In this document: positions 1 through 9,781 of the stretch, in pieces
How positions within the stretch are numbered: position 1 is the stretch's first letter
Layout: each line of letters opens with the position of its first letter
NCBI GenBank assembly: GCA_048571215.1
Contig: CP182352.1
Coordinates: 1,312,001 to 1,376,000, forward strand
Source of the DNA: Halarcobacter sp.
GTDB lineage: Bacteria > Campylobacterota > Campylobacteria > Campylobacterales > Arcobacteraceae
Length of the DNA stretch: 64,000 nucleotides
Direction: 5' to 3'
The notes under the pieces: model-generated
Seen by the model: only the letters and a program-made list of their open reading frames with translations
Told to the model about the DNA's origin: nothing
Database searches by the model: none
Position numbers and translations under genes: made by a program

Positions 1-623
1 TCTTCTATATTCAGTTCAAACTTTTCATTTGTATTTTTAATATTTTCAATAGATTTTAAATGAAATGTTTTAACTTGTTTTTCATCTTCTTGATAAATTA
101 AAGCATACCAGAAACCATCAAACATTACAATTTTAAGAGGATATATAACTCGTAGTTTATTTCTATACTCACATTTAAGTTTATGTTTAAAAGTGATAGC
201 ATTTTTAATTAGTGCAAACTTTATATCATCTTTTCTTGTTATTTTCTCAAAGTTTGTTTTTTTATAAATTTGTAAAGATGCTCTTCTCTTAAACCGATTA
301 AACAATAGTTTAGAGTTTTTTTCAAATTCTTTTCCATATTGAGAGCTACAATTTTCTAAAATACTCATTGTAACAATTTCTTCTGCAGATAACATTGTCT
401 CAGATAAAAAGTCTTTATTTGATACCCAACTATTCGTAGATTTTGAAAAGCTGATATTATCTGAAAAGCTTTTTACTAAGTGTTTATTAATATTATCTCT
501 TAAAGTAGATATAGGAGCATCATATTCTTGTGATAAGTATTCAAGGTTTAATGACTCTTGATTTGATAAGCGTTTTAATATTTTGGGTAATGCATTAATT
601 GCATTTTCATTTATTCTACTCAT
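1..623 (-). CDS. WYL-domain (HTH-WYL) transcriptional regulator, 3' end truncated by the window edge
   Basis: Not in the ORF track. Manual translation from ATG 623 gives MSRINENAINALPKILKRLSNQESLNLEYLSQEYDAPISTLRDNI (HTH-like) ... RVIYPLKIVMFDGFWYAL ... KTFHLKSIENI (WYL motifs), open to position 1. Confidence 0.85.
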   Translation of the reverse strand, partial: MSRINENAINALPKILKRLSNQESLNLEYLSQEYDAPISTLRDNINKHLVKSFSDNISFSKSTNSWVSNKDFLSETMLSAEEIVTMSILENCSSQYGKEFEKNSKLLFNRFKRRASLQIYKKTNFEKITRKDDIKFALIKNAITFKHKLKCEYRNKLRVIYPLKIVMFDGFWYALIYQEDEKQVKTFHLKSIENIKNTNEKFELNIE

Positions 624-767
624 AACTTAACTCCAATTTATTTAATATCTTCACCATAGCCAAAGTATCAAGTTTACAATACTCTAAAAGTGCACTTCTA
701 AGTTTCTCTTTACTTACCTCATCTAGCTTTGGTAAGTTTGCAAAGGCATTCATAGCTTGACTTCCAT
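616..767 (-). pseudogene. Relic 3' tail of a DUF2779-family gene
   Basis: GSQAMNAFANLPKLDEVSKEKLRSALLEYCKLDTLAMVKIL matches the C-terminus of the 5703..7193 protein. Confidence 0.85.
644..767. repeat. Imperfect ~124-bp direct repeat, copy 1 (copy 2 at 5728..5851)
   Basis: 653..707 is identical to 5737..5791 (55 bp); ungapped similarity continues to 767/5851. Confidence 0.95.
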
Positions 768-814
768 CTCTTTTGAAATCTAATATAATCATAGTAGATA
801 ACATTAATTCTATT

Positions 815-3800
815 TTAAACTTTTTTCATATATATTCGACAAAGTACTTGTTTAAAAGTTCTACTTTCTTTAGAATCAAACCAATGAACAACATAATCAA
901 CTTCAACATTCTCTTCTAATTGATATCCATTATTTAATTTTTCAATTATTTTATTTGATAATCTAGCTATTTTATCAGAACTTGCAGGTTTTGATAGTCT
1001 TGCAATTTTCATATTATCTTTGTATATTTCAAAGCCAAAATTATTTTCAACAATTTTACAAATATCTCCAGCAATAGGATTAATTTTTTCAATTCCTATG
1101 GCTGAATATCTATCAGAAAGAACTATATCTCCAAGTCCCATTATAAAAACAATTCTATTTAAATGTTCTTCTTGTTTTGAGTATTCAAAAACATTTGAAC
1201 AATAAGGAAGCATTGAATCAAATAAATGACTTTTTGTATGGATATTTAGATTCTTTTTAGCCCTAGTGATAGCTACATAAAGTAATCTTTTATCATAATC
1301 ATTTTTGATAAAATCATCATCTACTCCAATATATACACTATCAAACTCTTTACCTTTTGCTTTATGCATAGTAGAAACAACAACATTTGCTTTTGTATAT
1401 TCAAACTCCTCAAATGTTATTTCTTTTAAGTACTCCTCAAATAACATAATAAAATGATCTGGATTTTCTTGCATTTGGTTTTCATATTGAAGTAAAAACT
1501 TATCTATAACTTTATTTGCTAATTTATAGTTTTTAGATAGATTATATCTATTGTCAAAATAGTTCTTTGCAGCAGTTAAATTATTTTGTTTCCAAAATTC
1601 TAAAAAATCTTGTAGTTCTATTATATTACCCAAACTAAAACCATCTTTTGAAGTTATATATTTAACATTAATACCAATATTTACTAACTCTGAAAATATT
1701 GTTAATATATCTTCATTATTTCTAAGTAATACTGCAATGTTTTCAGATGTATCATTTTTTACTTGATTTACTATATTTTTGATAAAACTATTACTTTGAT
1801 AATATGTCAAATTTATCTCACCATCATTTGTAGCCTTGGATAATAACTGTTCTTTTTTTAATTTATTTGGAATAATGTCTCTAAATTTATTTGAAAAATT
1901 CACAATATTCATTTTACTTCTGTAATTTGTAAGTAATGAATATTTATTAAATTCAAAATCTTTTTCTTCATCAAATTCTTTAAAATCTTTTTCAAATTGA
2001 TTTATAAAAGCTATATTTGCACAATCTTCTCCAAAGTTATTAATACATTGATCATCATCACCAACTGCAATAATCTTTCTACCTTTAGTCATTTTTGAAT
2101 AAATAGTTTTTATAAAATTGTAAGTTTTAGAGCCAACATCTTGATATTCATCTAGTACAAGCATTTGTATATAAGGAAGTTCAATCTCATCATTATTTAA
2201 TAGTTTTGTTGCTTCTTCTATGACATTGATTAAAGAGATATTTTTATTATCTATTTTTTTACCCAGAAGATTAACCGCAAAAGAATGAAATGTAAATATT
2301 TTCATCTCGTATATTTGATTTCCCATGAGTTTTTGAAGTCTATCTCTAAATTCTGCTACTGCTACCCTAGAATGAGCTAACATCAAAAAATATTCTGGCT
2401 TATTTTGTTCTATTGTTACAAGTGAAGCTATTTTATGTACTAATGTTTTTGTTTTCCCACTACCTGGTCCTGCTAATACCATAATAGAATCACTCTTATC
2501 ATCTTCAAATATTTTCTTTTGTTCTTCATTTAAATCATAAATAATCTCTTTTAATCTCTCTTGTGTTACTGGTAATTTAATATGTTCTTCATTAAATTTG
2601 TATTTTTTCTTGAATTTAGAGTATTCCATACCAAAATAGTCTTTTACAAAAGAGGAAGCTTTGCTCCAGCCGTCTTTAACTAGTCTTTCAATAAAACTAA
2701 TCTGTATATGAATTGACTCTATTTTTCTTTCATAATATGGTTTTAAACTAACATTATAATGATCTCTTTTTCTATATGGTGTATTTTCTTTTATATTATC
2801 TTTTTTACTTATTTTATAAGTTTGATAGTATATAAGTCTACCTTTTCTTAGTTTGAAACTATTTTTAGTTAGTTCATGAAGATAAACTAATGAATGATGA
2901 AATCCTTCCAAAGATATTTTTTTCTTATTTCCATCATAGTCTATTTTTAATTTATTTGTAGAAACTTCTAATTCATCTTCATCTTTATCTTTTAATTGAT
3001 TAATTAAAAAATCAATAATATATTTACATGTTTCTTCTCTAACTTTTATCATATGAATCAATTTTGATAAATTACTTCTATCTAATTCGAAATTACAAGT
3101 ATATCTGTTAAAATGTACATTAAATATATTCGCTTTTAATTTTGATAAATGTGCCCAGCTTTGTATTATTTTTTTAATTACTGACAATCCATCTTTTATA
3201 TCAATTTCACTATTTATCTCTCTTAAATTTATACTTGTTTCAAAGTCATTTAAATCTTCAAATTTTTTAAGAATCAATTTTTCTAAATCAAAATATTTTT
3301 TAAATTCTTTAGATATAGATTTATGTACAAAAATACTTATGTCATTGTTATATTCTATTAATTTATTTTTTTGAAGTTCATATAAAACATCAAATATTTT
3401 TTTTCTTTCAATACCTACGATTTCAGCTAAATCATCAACTTCAATTGCATCTTTTTTACTTTTTTGAATAATATTATTCATAACTAAAATCATATAATTG
3501 TATATTTCGTATTGATATTGTTTCGCTAGTTCATCTTTCTTATCATCTATTACACTATGTACATAGTCCATACTATTTTTTTCTTCTACAGATGTAGCAA
3601 AAATTTTATAGCTATTTCGTCCTCTTTCTATGACTCCGGCTTGTTCTAACTCTAAAAGTGCAGTTTTAATCATAGTTTCATAATCTATACTTGAATCTTC
3701 CGTATCTATCCCCATTTGTTTTGCAAGTTGTCTAGGTGATATATAAAGTTCATCTCTTTTTTCTCTTTTTAAAACCTTTACAATTCTATCAATCTCGTGA

Positions 3801-5692
3801 TAGTCTAACTTAGATTTATTCAATTGACTAAAAGTTCTATTAAAATCTTCTTTAGAATATAATACGATACATCTTGCTGTATATTCTTCTTTTCTTGCAC
3901 CTCTACCAGATTCTTGTAAATATGACTCTAAACTATCAGATTGTTCATAGTGAATAACTGTTTGAATATCTGGTTTATCTATTCCCATACCAAAGGCAGT
4001 TGTAGCGATAACAATATCTATTTTATTGGATATAAAGTCATTTAATATTTCACTTTTATTCCGCCCTATTCTTTTTCCATTTTCAATTTCATAATCAATT
4101 TTTGAATAAAAAGGTTCTATATCTAAATTTAGTTCACTTAATCTCTCTTCTTTTCTTAGCTTTTCACTTAATTCTCTACATTCTCTAGCATTTTGTGGTA
4201 TATATACTATAGTAGGTCTTTTCCCTTGAGAAGCTAATTCTTGAACTAATACATTATATTTATCTTTTTTTGTATCTACTTCTATGGCTTTGTATTCAAG
4301 ATTATATCTTTTACTAGAGGCTATAAATTCTTTTAAATTTATATCTAGCTTTAATGCAAAATAGTTTTTAATATCATTTAAAACTTCTGGTTTTGCCGTT
4401 GCTGTGAAACAAGAAACAGGAATCTTTGGTTGAAATTTGGAATTTTCTTGATTTTCTAATTCTTTAATAGTAGTTGCAATAAAATAGTAATCATGTCTAA
4501 AATCATGTCCCCAAGAGGAAAAACAGTGTGCTTCATCAATAACAAATCTTTCAATAACTCTTTTTTTAAGTGCCTTAAATACAGAATTAGATCTAAGTGC
4601 TTCTGGAGCTAAATATAAGATATCAACGACCCCATTTTCAACTTCAGTTATTAAATTCATTCTCTCAATTGGACTTAAATATCCACTAATAGCTACTACT
4701 CTAAAATTTTGATTATTTTCTTTAAAACTATCAACATGGTTTTTCATCAATGCTTGTAAAGGAGAAATTACAACTGTTAAACCTTTATAAGCTTTTGCTT
4801 TTATTAATGCTGGCAATTGAAAAGTAAATGTTTTTCCTCCACCTGTAGGTAGGATTGCTAGAATTGAAGTATCATCTAAACTACTTTCTACTATGTCTTT
4901 TTGTGAGATTTTTCCAAAGCTAAATAAATCATTACTCTCTTTTTCAAATTCTCTAAAACTTGGTATATTAAACTCATCATTAGAAAATTTTATTAAATCA
5001 ATCTTTTCTTTATCATAAGTTAGTTTCTTCAAAACATCTACTACAAAAGGATATCTTATAAGTATTACTGAAGATATGGAAGCTTGTGAATCCGAATATA
5101 AATATGAAATTACATAAGATAACTCTGTAGGATATTTTTCTTTTACTTCTAAAAAATCTTCTCGTGTACAAACAACTTTATCTTTTACAAAATCATATAT
5201 ATCTACTTTTTCTTTTGAATAATTTTTGTATTTAAAGTAACCTACAAAATATTTATCTTCATATAGTAAATTAATGAATATATCTTTTAATTGATTACTT
5301 AAACTATCAAACTTTTTATCTAAGATTCTAAATAGTTCTTTTGTTTGTTCTGCATCTCCAAGAGGTTGATTTTCAATATTTATTTCAGTTTTATAAGGTT
5401 TATCTAGTTTATGTGTTTTTTTATTTACATATAGAAGCATCGATAAAAAAAGAGTATCTATTATTTCAATATCATTAAAAATAGGATTAAAAGATGTTTC
5501 TTGTAAAAACTTTTTATCATGGTCAATAAAATTATGTCCACAAATATATGTAGGATTAGTTTCATCAAAAACTTTTTTAATATCAGTTACAGAAGTAGTA
5601 GATAATTTATTTTTATCCACTACTAGTCCTAGTTTTTCTATCTTTTTACTATTAACATTAACTTCGATATCAAAAAAAGCTATATTTTCGAT
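815..5692 (-). CDS. Multidomain helicase: DEDD 3'-5' exonuclease-like + RecQ-family SF2 helicase + UvrD-like SF1 helicase
   Basis: RecQ motifs LPTGGGKT, SPLQALMKNHV, DEAHCFSSWGHDFR, TATA, ATTAFGMGIDKPD, QESGRGAR; UvrD motifs AGPGSGKT, LDEYQD, VGDDDQ, NYRS, TMHKAKGKEFD, LYVAITRAK. The N-terminal AFFDIEV motif lies upstream of the track's GTG (5620); start placed at ATC 5692, 6 nt after AAGGA. Confidence 0.88.
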   Translation of the reverse strand: MENIAFFDIEVNVNSKKIEKLGLVVDKNKLSTTSVTDIKKVFDETNPTYICGHNFIDHDKKFLQETSFNPIFNDIEIIDTLFLSMLLYVNKKTHKLDKPYKTEINIENQPLGDAEQTKELFRILDKKFDSLSNQLKDIFINLLYEDKYFVGYFKYKNYSKEKVDIYDFVKDKVVCTREDFLEVKEKYPTELSYVISYLYSDSQASISSVILIRYPFVVDVLKKLTYDKEKIDLIKFSNDEFNIPSFREFEKESNDLFSFGKISQKDIVESSLDDTSILAILPTGGGKTFTFQLPALIKAKAYKGLTVVISPLQALMKNHVDSFKENNQNFRVVAISGYLSPIERMNLITEVENGVVDILYLAPEALRSNSVFKALKKRVIERFVIDEAHCFSSWGHDFRHDYYFIATTIKELENQENSKFQPKIPVSCFTATAKPEVLNDIKNYFALKLDINLKEFIASSKRYNLEYKAIEVDTKKDKYNVLVQELASQGKRPTIVYIPQNARECRELSEKLRKEERLSELNLDIEPFYSKIDYEIENGKRIGRNKSEILNDFISNKIDIVIATTAFGMGIDKPDIQTVIHYEQSDSLESYLQESGRGARKEEYTARCIVLYSKEDFNRTFSQLNKSKLDYHEIDRIVKVLKREKRDELYISPRQLAKQMGIDTEDSSIDYETMIKTALLELEQAGVIERGRNSYKIFATSVEEKNSMDYVHSVIDDKKDELAKQYQYEIYNYMILVMNNIIQKSKKDAIEVDDLAEIVGIERKKIFDVLYELQKNKLIEYNNDISIFVHKSISKEFKKYFDLEKLILKKFEDLNDFETSINLREINSEIDIKDGLSVIKKIIQSWAHLSKLKANIFNVHFNRYTCNFELDRSNLSKLIHMIKVREETCKYIIDFLINQLKDKDEDELEVSTNKLKIDYDGNKKKISLEGFHHSLVYLHELTKNSFKLRKGRLIYYQTYKISKKDNIKENTPYRKRDHYNVSLKPYYERKIESIHIQISFIERLVKDGWSKASSFVKDYFGMEYSKFKKKYKFNEEHIKLPVTQERLKEIIYDLNEEQKKIFEDDKSDSIMVLAGPGSGKTKTLVHKIASLVTIEQNKPEYFLMLAHSRVAVAEFRDRLQKLMGNQIYEMKIFTFHSFAVNLLGKKIDNKNISLINVIEEATKLLNNDEIELPYIQMLVLDEYQDVGSKTYNFIKTIYSKMTKGRKIIAVGDDDQCINNFGEDCANIAFINQFEKDFKEFDEEKDFEFNKYSLLTNYRSKMNIVNFSNKFRDIIPNKLKKEQLLSKATNDGEINLTYYQSNSFIKNIVNQVKNDTSENIAVLLRNNEDILTIFSELVNIGINVKYITSKDGFSLGNIIELQDFLEFWKQNNLTAAKNYFDNRYNLSKNYKLANKVIDKFLLQYENQMQENPDHFIMLFEEYLKEITFEEFEYTKANVVVSTMHKAKGKEFDSVYIGVDDDFIKNDYDKRLLYVAITRAKKNLNIHTKSHLFDSMLPYCSNVFEYSKQEEHLNRIVFIMGLGDIVLSDRYSAIGIEKINPIAGDICKIVENNFGFEIYKDNMKIARLSKPASSDKIARLSNKIIEKLNNGYQLEENVEVDYVVHWFDSKESRTFKQVLCRIYMKKV

Positions 5693-5702
5693 TTTAAATC
5701 CT

Positions 5703-7193
5703 TTATTTATATTTCTTTAAAATTTTCAATATTTTTACCATAGCCAAAGTATCAAGTTTACAATACTCTAAAAGTGCACTTCTAAGTTTCTTTTTATCGC
5801 CCTCTTCTAGCTTACTCATACTTGCAAAGGCATTCATAGCTTGGCTTCCATTTTGTACACCCTCTAACTCTTTATATGCTTTTTCAAACTCAGGAACAAG
5901 TGCTGGCAATACATACTTTATAGAGTAACTTCCTTGCATACTTGGTGTTACGTACCATTTCTTTTGAAAAGGTATCATCAGGTCTTGCATATTTTCATTT
6001 ATGGCTAATAAGTGTGAGCTAAGCTTAGGAAAAAGGTTTGATAGTCTTTTTATCACACCTTTTTCAAAGCTCATATTGTAAGCCAATACTGTGACATCAC
6101 TTGGGATATCTTCACATAGTTTTAATGCTAACTCATATCTACTATCTACGCTATCCTCACTCAAATACTCTTTATGCTCTAAAGTGCCATCTTCATACTC
6201 TATATGAAGTGAATATTGAAAAGGGATTTGCTCGAAGGGTTTTATACCTTTGTATTGTGGTATAGCTTGTTGGTAGGTTTCAAAGTCTAAGTGATAGATT
6301 GGGTATGTGAGGTTTTCTAAAAAAGCTTTGATATTTTCTTTGTCTATATAACTTGCTTTTGATTTGTAGTTTTTTACTGCTTGTTTTTGATTTGCCGTCA
6401 TATCAAAATCTTCTGGAATATCTTCTATATCTATGATACCTTGATTGTATAATTCTATTTGCTTTTTACTTCCTAGATTGAAAATATTAAAGATAGAGTA
6501 CTCAGGTATATCTCGCTGACACTTCCAACAATAGTTTTTAGCATCACACTCATAAGGTTTGTTACAATGTTTTCCTATATCTATATCTGGTTCATTTACT
6601 TTATCTTCTAAGTAAGTTTCAAACTCTTTTAATATGCTTGGGATATTTGACTGTAAGCTTTGCACCTCACTAGTAACATCAACTATCTTAAAAAGCTTGT
6701 CTAATTCTAAAGACTCACCTCTTACATACTCATTGTTTATATGTACTACACTTGCACTTTTTATACTAAAGCCCATCTTGTCAAAAATGTTTTGTAAAAC
6801 ATAATACTGAATAGATACATCATGAAGATATATATCTTTTACCTCTGTAGAACTTTTAACCTCATAGATAGATACACCATCATCTTCTACTTTTAAAATA
6901 TCTACCATGATAAGTATTCCCTCAAAGTTAAAAGTAGCCTCAAAGATATTTGGTACACCCTCTTCCATCCACTCTTTTGTAGTAGATATCATCTCATCAT
7001 AGTTTGTAGTGTATGGTACTTCCCTACCATCAGGGAAAAGTTCGCAAGCTAAATCCCCTACTATATTTCCAGTTTCAAATATAGCCAGAGCTTGTTCATC
7101 TGGTGGTGTTAAGACACTTGGCTTATATTTTTTAAGCCAAAGTGCTTTGGGGCATTGGATGCCTCTTGTGTAGAGGGATTTGGATAGGTTCAT
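5703..7193 (-). CDS. DUF2779-domain protein (N-terminal Cas4-like/PD-(D/E)xK nuclease, C-terminal RNase H-like DUF2779)
   Basis: LSKS..CPKALWL, DIL..YEVKSST, C..PYEC...C cluster; LDFET, QIPFQYSLH, YNMSFEK, SIKYVLPAL, YCKLDTLAM. Confidence 0.85.
   Translation of the reverse strand: MNLSKSLYTRGIQCPKALWLKKYKPSVLTPPDEQALAIFETGNIVGDLACELFPDGREVPYTTNYDEMISTTKEWMEEGVPNIFEATFNFEGILIMVDILKVEDDGVSIYEVKSSTEVKDIYLHDVSIQYYVLQNIFDKMGFSIKSASVVHINNEYVRGESLELDKLFKIVDVTSEVQSLQSNIPSILKEFETYLEDKVNEPDIDIGKHCNKPYECDAKNYCWKCQRDIPEYSIFNIFNLGSKKQIELYNQGIIDIEDIPEDFDMTANQKQAVKNYKSKASYIDKENIKAFLENLTYPIYHLDFETYQQAIPQYKGIKPFEQIPFQYSLHIEYEDGTLEHKEYLSEDSVDSRYELALKLCEDIPSDVTVLAYNMSFEKGVIKRLSNLFPKLSSHLLAINENMQDLMIPFQKKWYVTPSMQGSYSIKYVLPALVPEFEKAYKELEGVQNGSQAMNAFASMSKLEEGDKKKLRSALLEYCKLDTLAMVKILKILKKYK
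5728..5851. repeat. Imperfect ~124-bp direct repeat, copy 2 (3' end of the intact DUF2779 gene)
   Basis: Matches copy 1 at 644..767. Confidence 0.95.
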
Positions 7194-7201
7194 CAAATAT
7201 C

Positions 7202-9781
7202 CTATAATATATTTTTAATTTCTTCATATTCTATAGAATTTCTATCGATTATATTTAACAATCTAGTCTTATCTATACTTTTAAACTTATCATTAGTATC
7301 AGTTATTATGCAATCTCCATATTCTGAATAAATAAGATTAGAAGTATGTCTTGATAAACCTAAGTTTTGTAAAATAATCATAATAGGACTTCTTGTCCCA
7401 TATTCTATAAATTGAGCCCAATTTACACCTGCATTATCTTCACCAAGTAACTCAACTAAAATAGAGTAATAATGTGTAAAATATTTCTCAAATGTAAATC
7501 TTAGTTTTCTTTCTATATTTTCTACTATTTCATTAATTAAAATATTTATGTGGTCTACACTATTATTAAATACTTCATATGTTTGCCAATCAACTTTAAC
7601 TGTAGCATTGTTTTCAAGATTCCATTTAATTGATTGATTTATAATTTGATTTAAGCTTTCACCATTAATCCATTGTGTGGCTAATAATGCATAATATCTC
7701 ATACTCTTTATTCCACCATTAAATTCCTCATGTTCATCCCACTTGTAGATATTATATAACCGTTCTAAAACTTTAAGCGTTGTTTCAAAATCTATAGTAG
7801 TAGGTAGTTTTATATTATTACCTTTTTCTAAATTAAATTTTATTATCTTAAAAACATCATTTTGAGAATTAATATTTATAGTTTGATTTGACTCTAAAAC
7901 AACAGTTGGTACTTCAACTTTATCAATTATTTCCTGAGCATATTTTAATATTTGAACTTTATTATTTTGAATCAATTTTTCTATAATTGGACTTTTATAT
8001 GTTGTTTTTAAATCTAAAGTATCAATACAAATCATATTAGCAATATATTTTAAAATCTTTTTTTCTTCTTTAGTCCCAGATATATCATTATCTTGTAATA
8101 ACTTTTCTATTTTTCTAATATTTCTATCTATTTTTTCATTAACTGTTGGCTTTAATTCTATTTCATTTTTTATCAATACTTCTTCTTTATTATCCCAAGT
8201 GTTTTCTTCATCACGAATACAAAATATATTTCCAGAAAGTTCTATTCCAAACCTACCAGCCCGACCAGCTAAATTCCAGAAATCAATTGGCTCAAACTTA
8301 GATAAACTTTTTTTATTACTTAAAATAATTACATTTTTAGCAGGAAGGTTAACCCCTTCTAAAAGTGTTGAAGTACAAAATACATACTTTAAAGCACCTT
8401 CTCTAAATAAATCTTCAATAATATTTCTCACTACTTGTGGCATATTACCAAAGTGATATCCAATTCCATACTCTAAAAAATCTACTAAGTAATAATCTTT
8501 ATGTATATGTAGTTTAATTTGTGCTATTGATAACTTAACTTTAGCTCTTAATTTATCAGACAAGATAGGTTTTATATCTTTTGTTTTAATAAAATCAAAA
8601 AAACCTTTTGCTTTTAAAATAGTTTTATTCTTAGAATTACAATAAATTAGATTATTATCATTTAACGTTATTTCATACAAAAAATCATTTATATTATTAA
8701 TCTTACTTAAAATATTCAAATATTGTTTTTCACTAGGATTATTATCCACAAAAAACAAAGAGTACTTTTCAATTAAATCTAAAAAAAATAAATTTTGATT
8801 TACAGATACTTCTTTTATCTGCTTATAGTTTTTCATAAATCCTCTACCAAACATATCTAAAAATATATTTGGATTTGAAACATTTGGGGAAGCAAAATAC
8901 AAATTTAGATTTGGATTTTTTTTCAAAAGCTTTTCAATTGCTAAATAGGAAGTTATACTTCTAGAGTCTTTATGAGATGCAATTTTATGAGCCTCGTCAA
9001 CAAATAAAAATCCAATAGGTGGATTTTCTAAAGAAGAAATATAACTTAAAATTCTCTCAGGAGTTAAAACTAAAATATAATTATTTAAAATGTTATCATC
9101 ATGTACAATAGTTGAATTAGTTAAAAGTTTATAATTATGTTGTTCAATTATATTATGTAATTCTGCTTTTATATCTATTACAAATTGATTTATAAGTGCC
9201 CTTGTGGGAACCATTATAATAATATTTTCAGGTGGTTTATTTTGCATAACTTTATGTAAAAAAGATTTCAATATAAAAGATTTCCCCATAGATGTAGGAG
9301 CAGAGAAACTAAACATTTTTGCATTACTAATATTTTTGAATAATTCATATTGAGTATCTGTAAAAATATACTTTTCATTAAAAGGAACAATTTGTATTTC
9401 TTTTTTTATTTGAGACTCAATATTTCTTTCTGTAGGTAAATTAAAATTAAATTTTTGATTTAAAAATTGTTGAATTGAATAAAAAGAACCAAGTTTAGTT
9501 AAAACAGCCAAAGCAAATTTGTTATATTGTTCATCTTCTTTGAATTTTTCATACATTAAGCTAACAATTTTTAATGAAATGTTTCTAAACTCTGATTCTT
9601 CACTACATGACATTATATCTGCAAATCTATATAAATGTGAAATTTCAAGCTGTGTTAAAACTTCAACATCAGATTCTTTAAATATAGTTTTAAAATTTAT
9701 CTCTGTTAATTTAAAAATTAGTTCATTTAAATATCCATCTTCTAATGCATCTTGTGATAATTTACTATAAATACTATCCAT
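7202..9781 (-). CDS. hamB: Hachiman HamB-type Ski2-like DEAD/DEAH helicase
   Basis: APTSMGKS, VPTRALINQ, LTPER, VDEAHK, TSTLLEGVNLPA, NLAGRAGR; overlaps a DUF1837 gene. Confidence 0.85.
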   Translation of the reverse strand: MDSIYSKLSQDALEDGYLNELIFKLTEINFKTIFKESDVEVLTQLEISHLYRFADIMSCSEESEFRNISLKIVSLMYEKFKEDEQYNKFALAVLTKLGSFYSIQQFLNQKFNFNLPTERNIESQIKKEIQIVPFNEKYIFTDTQYELFKNISNAKMFSFSAPTSMGKSFILKSFLHKVMQNKPPENIIIMVPTRALINQFVIDIKAELHNIIEQHNYKLLTNSTIVHDDNILNNYILVLTPERILSYISSLENPPIGFLFVDEAHKIASHKDSRSITSYLAIEKLLKKNPNLNLYFASPNVSNPNIFLDMFGRGFMKNYKQIKEVSVNQNLFFLDLIEKYSLFFVDNNPSEKQYLNILSKINNINDFLYEITLNDNNLIYCNSKNKTILKAKGFFDFIKTKDIKPILSDKLRAKVKLSIAQIKLHIHKDYYLVDFLEYGIGYHFGNMPQVVRNIIEDLFREGALKYVFCTSTLLEGVNLPAKNVIILSNKKSLSKFEPIDFWNLAGRAGRFGIELSGNIFCIRDEENTWDNKEEVLIKNEIELKPTVNEKIDRNIRKIEKLLQDNDISGTKEEKKILKYIANMICIDTLDLKTTYKSPIIEKLIQNNKVQILKYAQEIIDKVEVPTVVLESNQTININSQNDVFKIIKFNLEKGNNIKLPTTIDFETTLKVLERLYNIYKWDEHEEFNGGIKSMRYYALLATQWINGESLNQIINQSIKWNLENNATVKVDWQTYEVFNNSVDHINILINEIVENIERKLRFTFEKYFTHYYSILVELLGEDNAGVNWAQFIEYGTRSPIMIILQNLGLSRHTSNLIYSEYGDCIITDTNDKFKSIDKTRLLNIIDRNSIEYEEIKNIL

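Noticed and set aside
616..804. 62-aa ORF as an independent gene
   Set aside because: Most of it is a copy of the DUF2779 C-terminus; the first ~12 codons are unrelated sequence. Treated as a relic.
5703..7193. Cas4 of a CRISPR-Cas locus
   Set aside because: No repeat-spacer array or other cas genes seen in the window.
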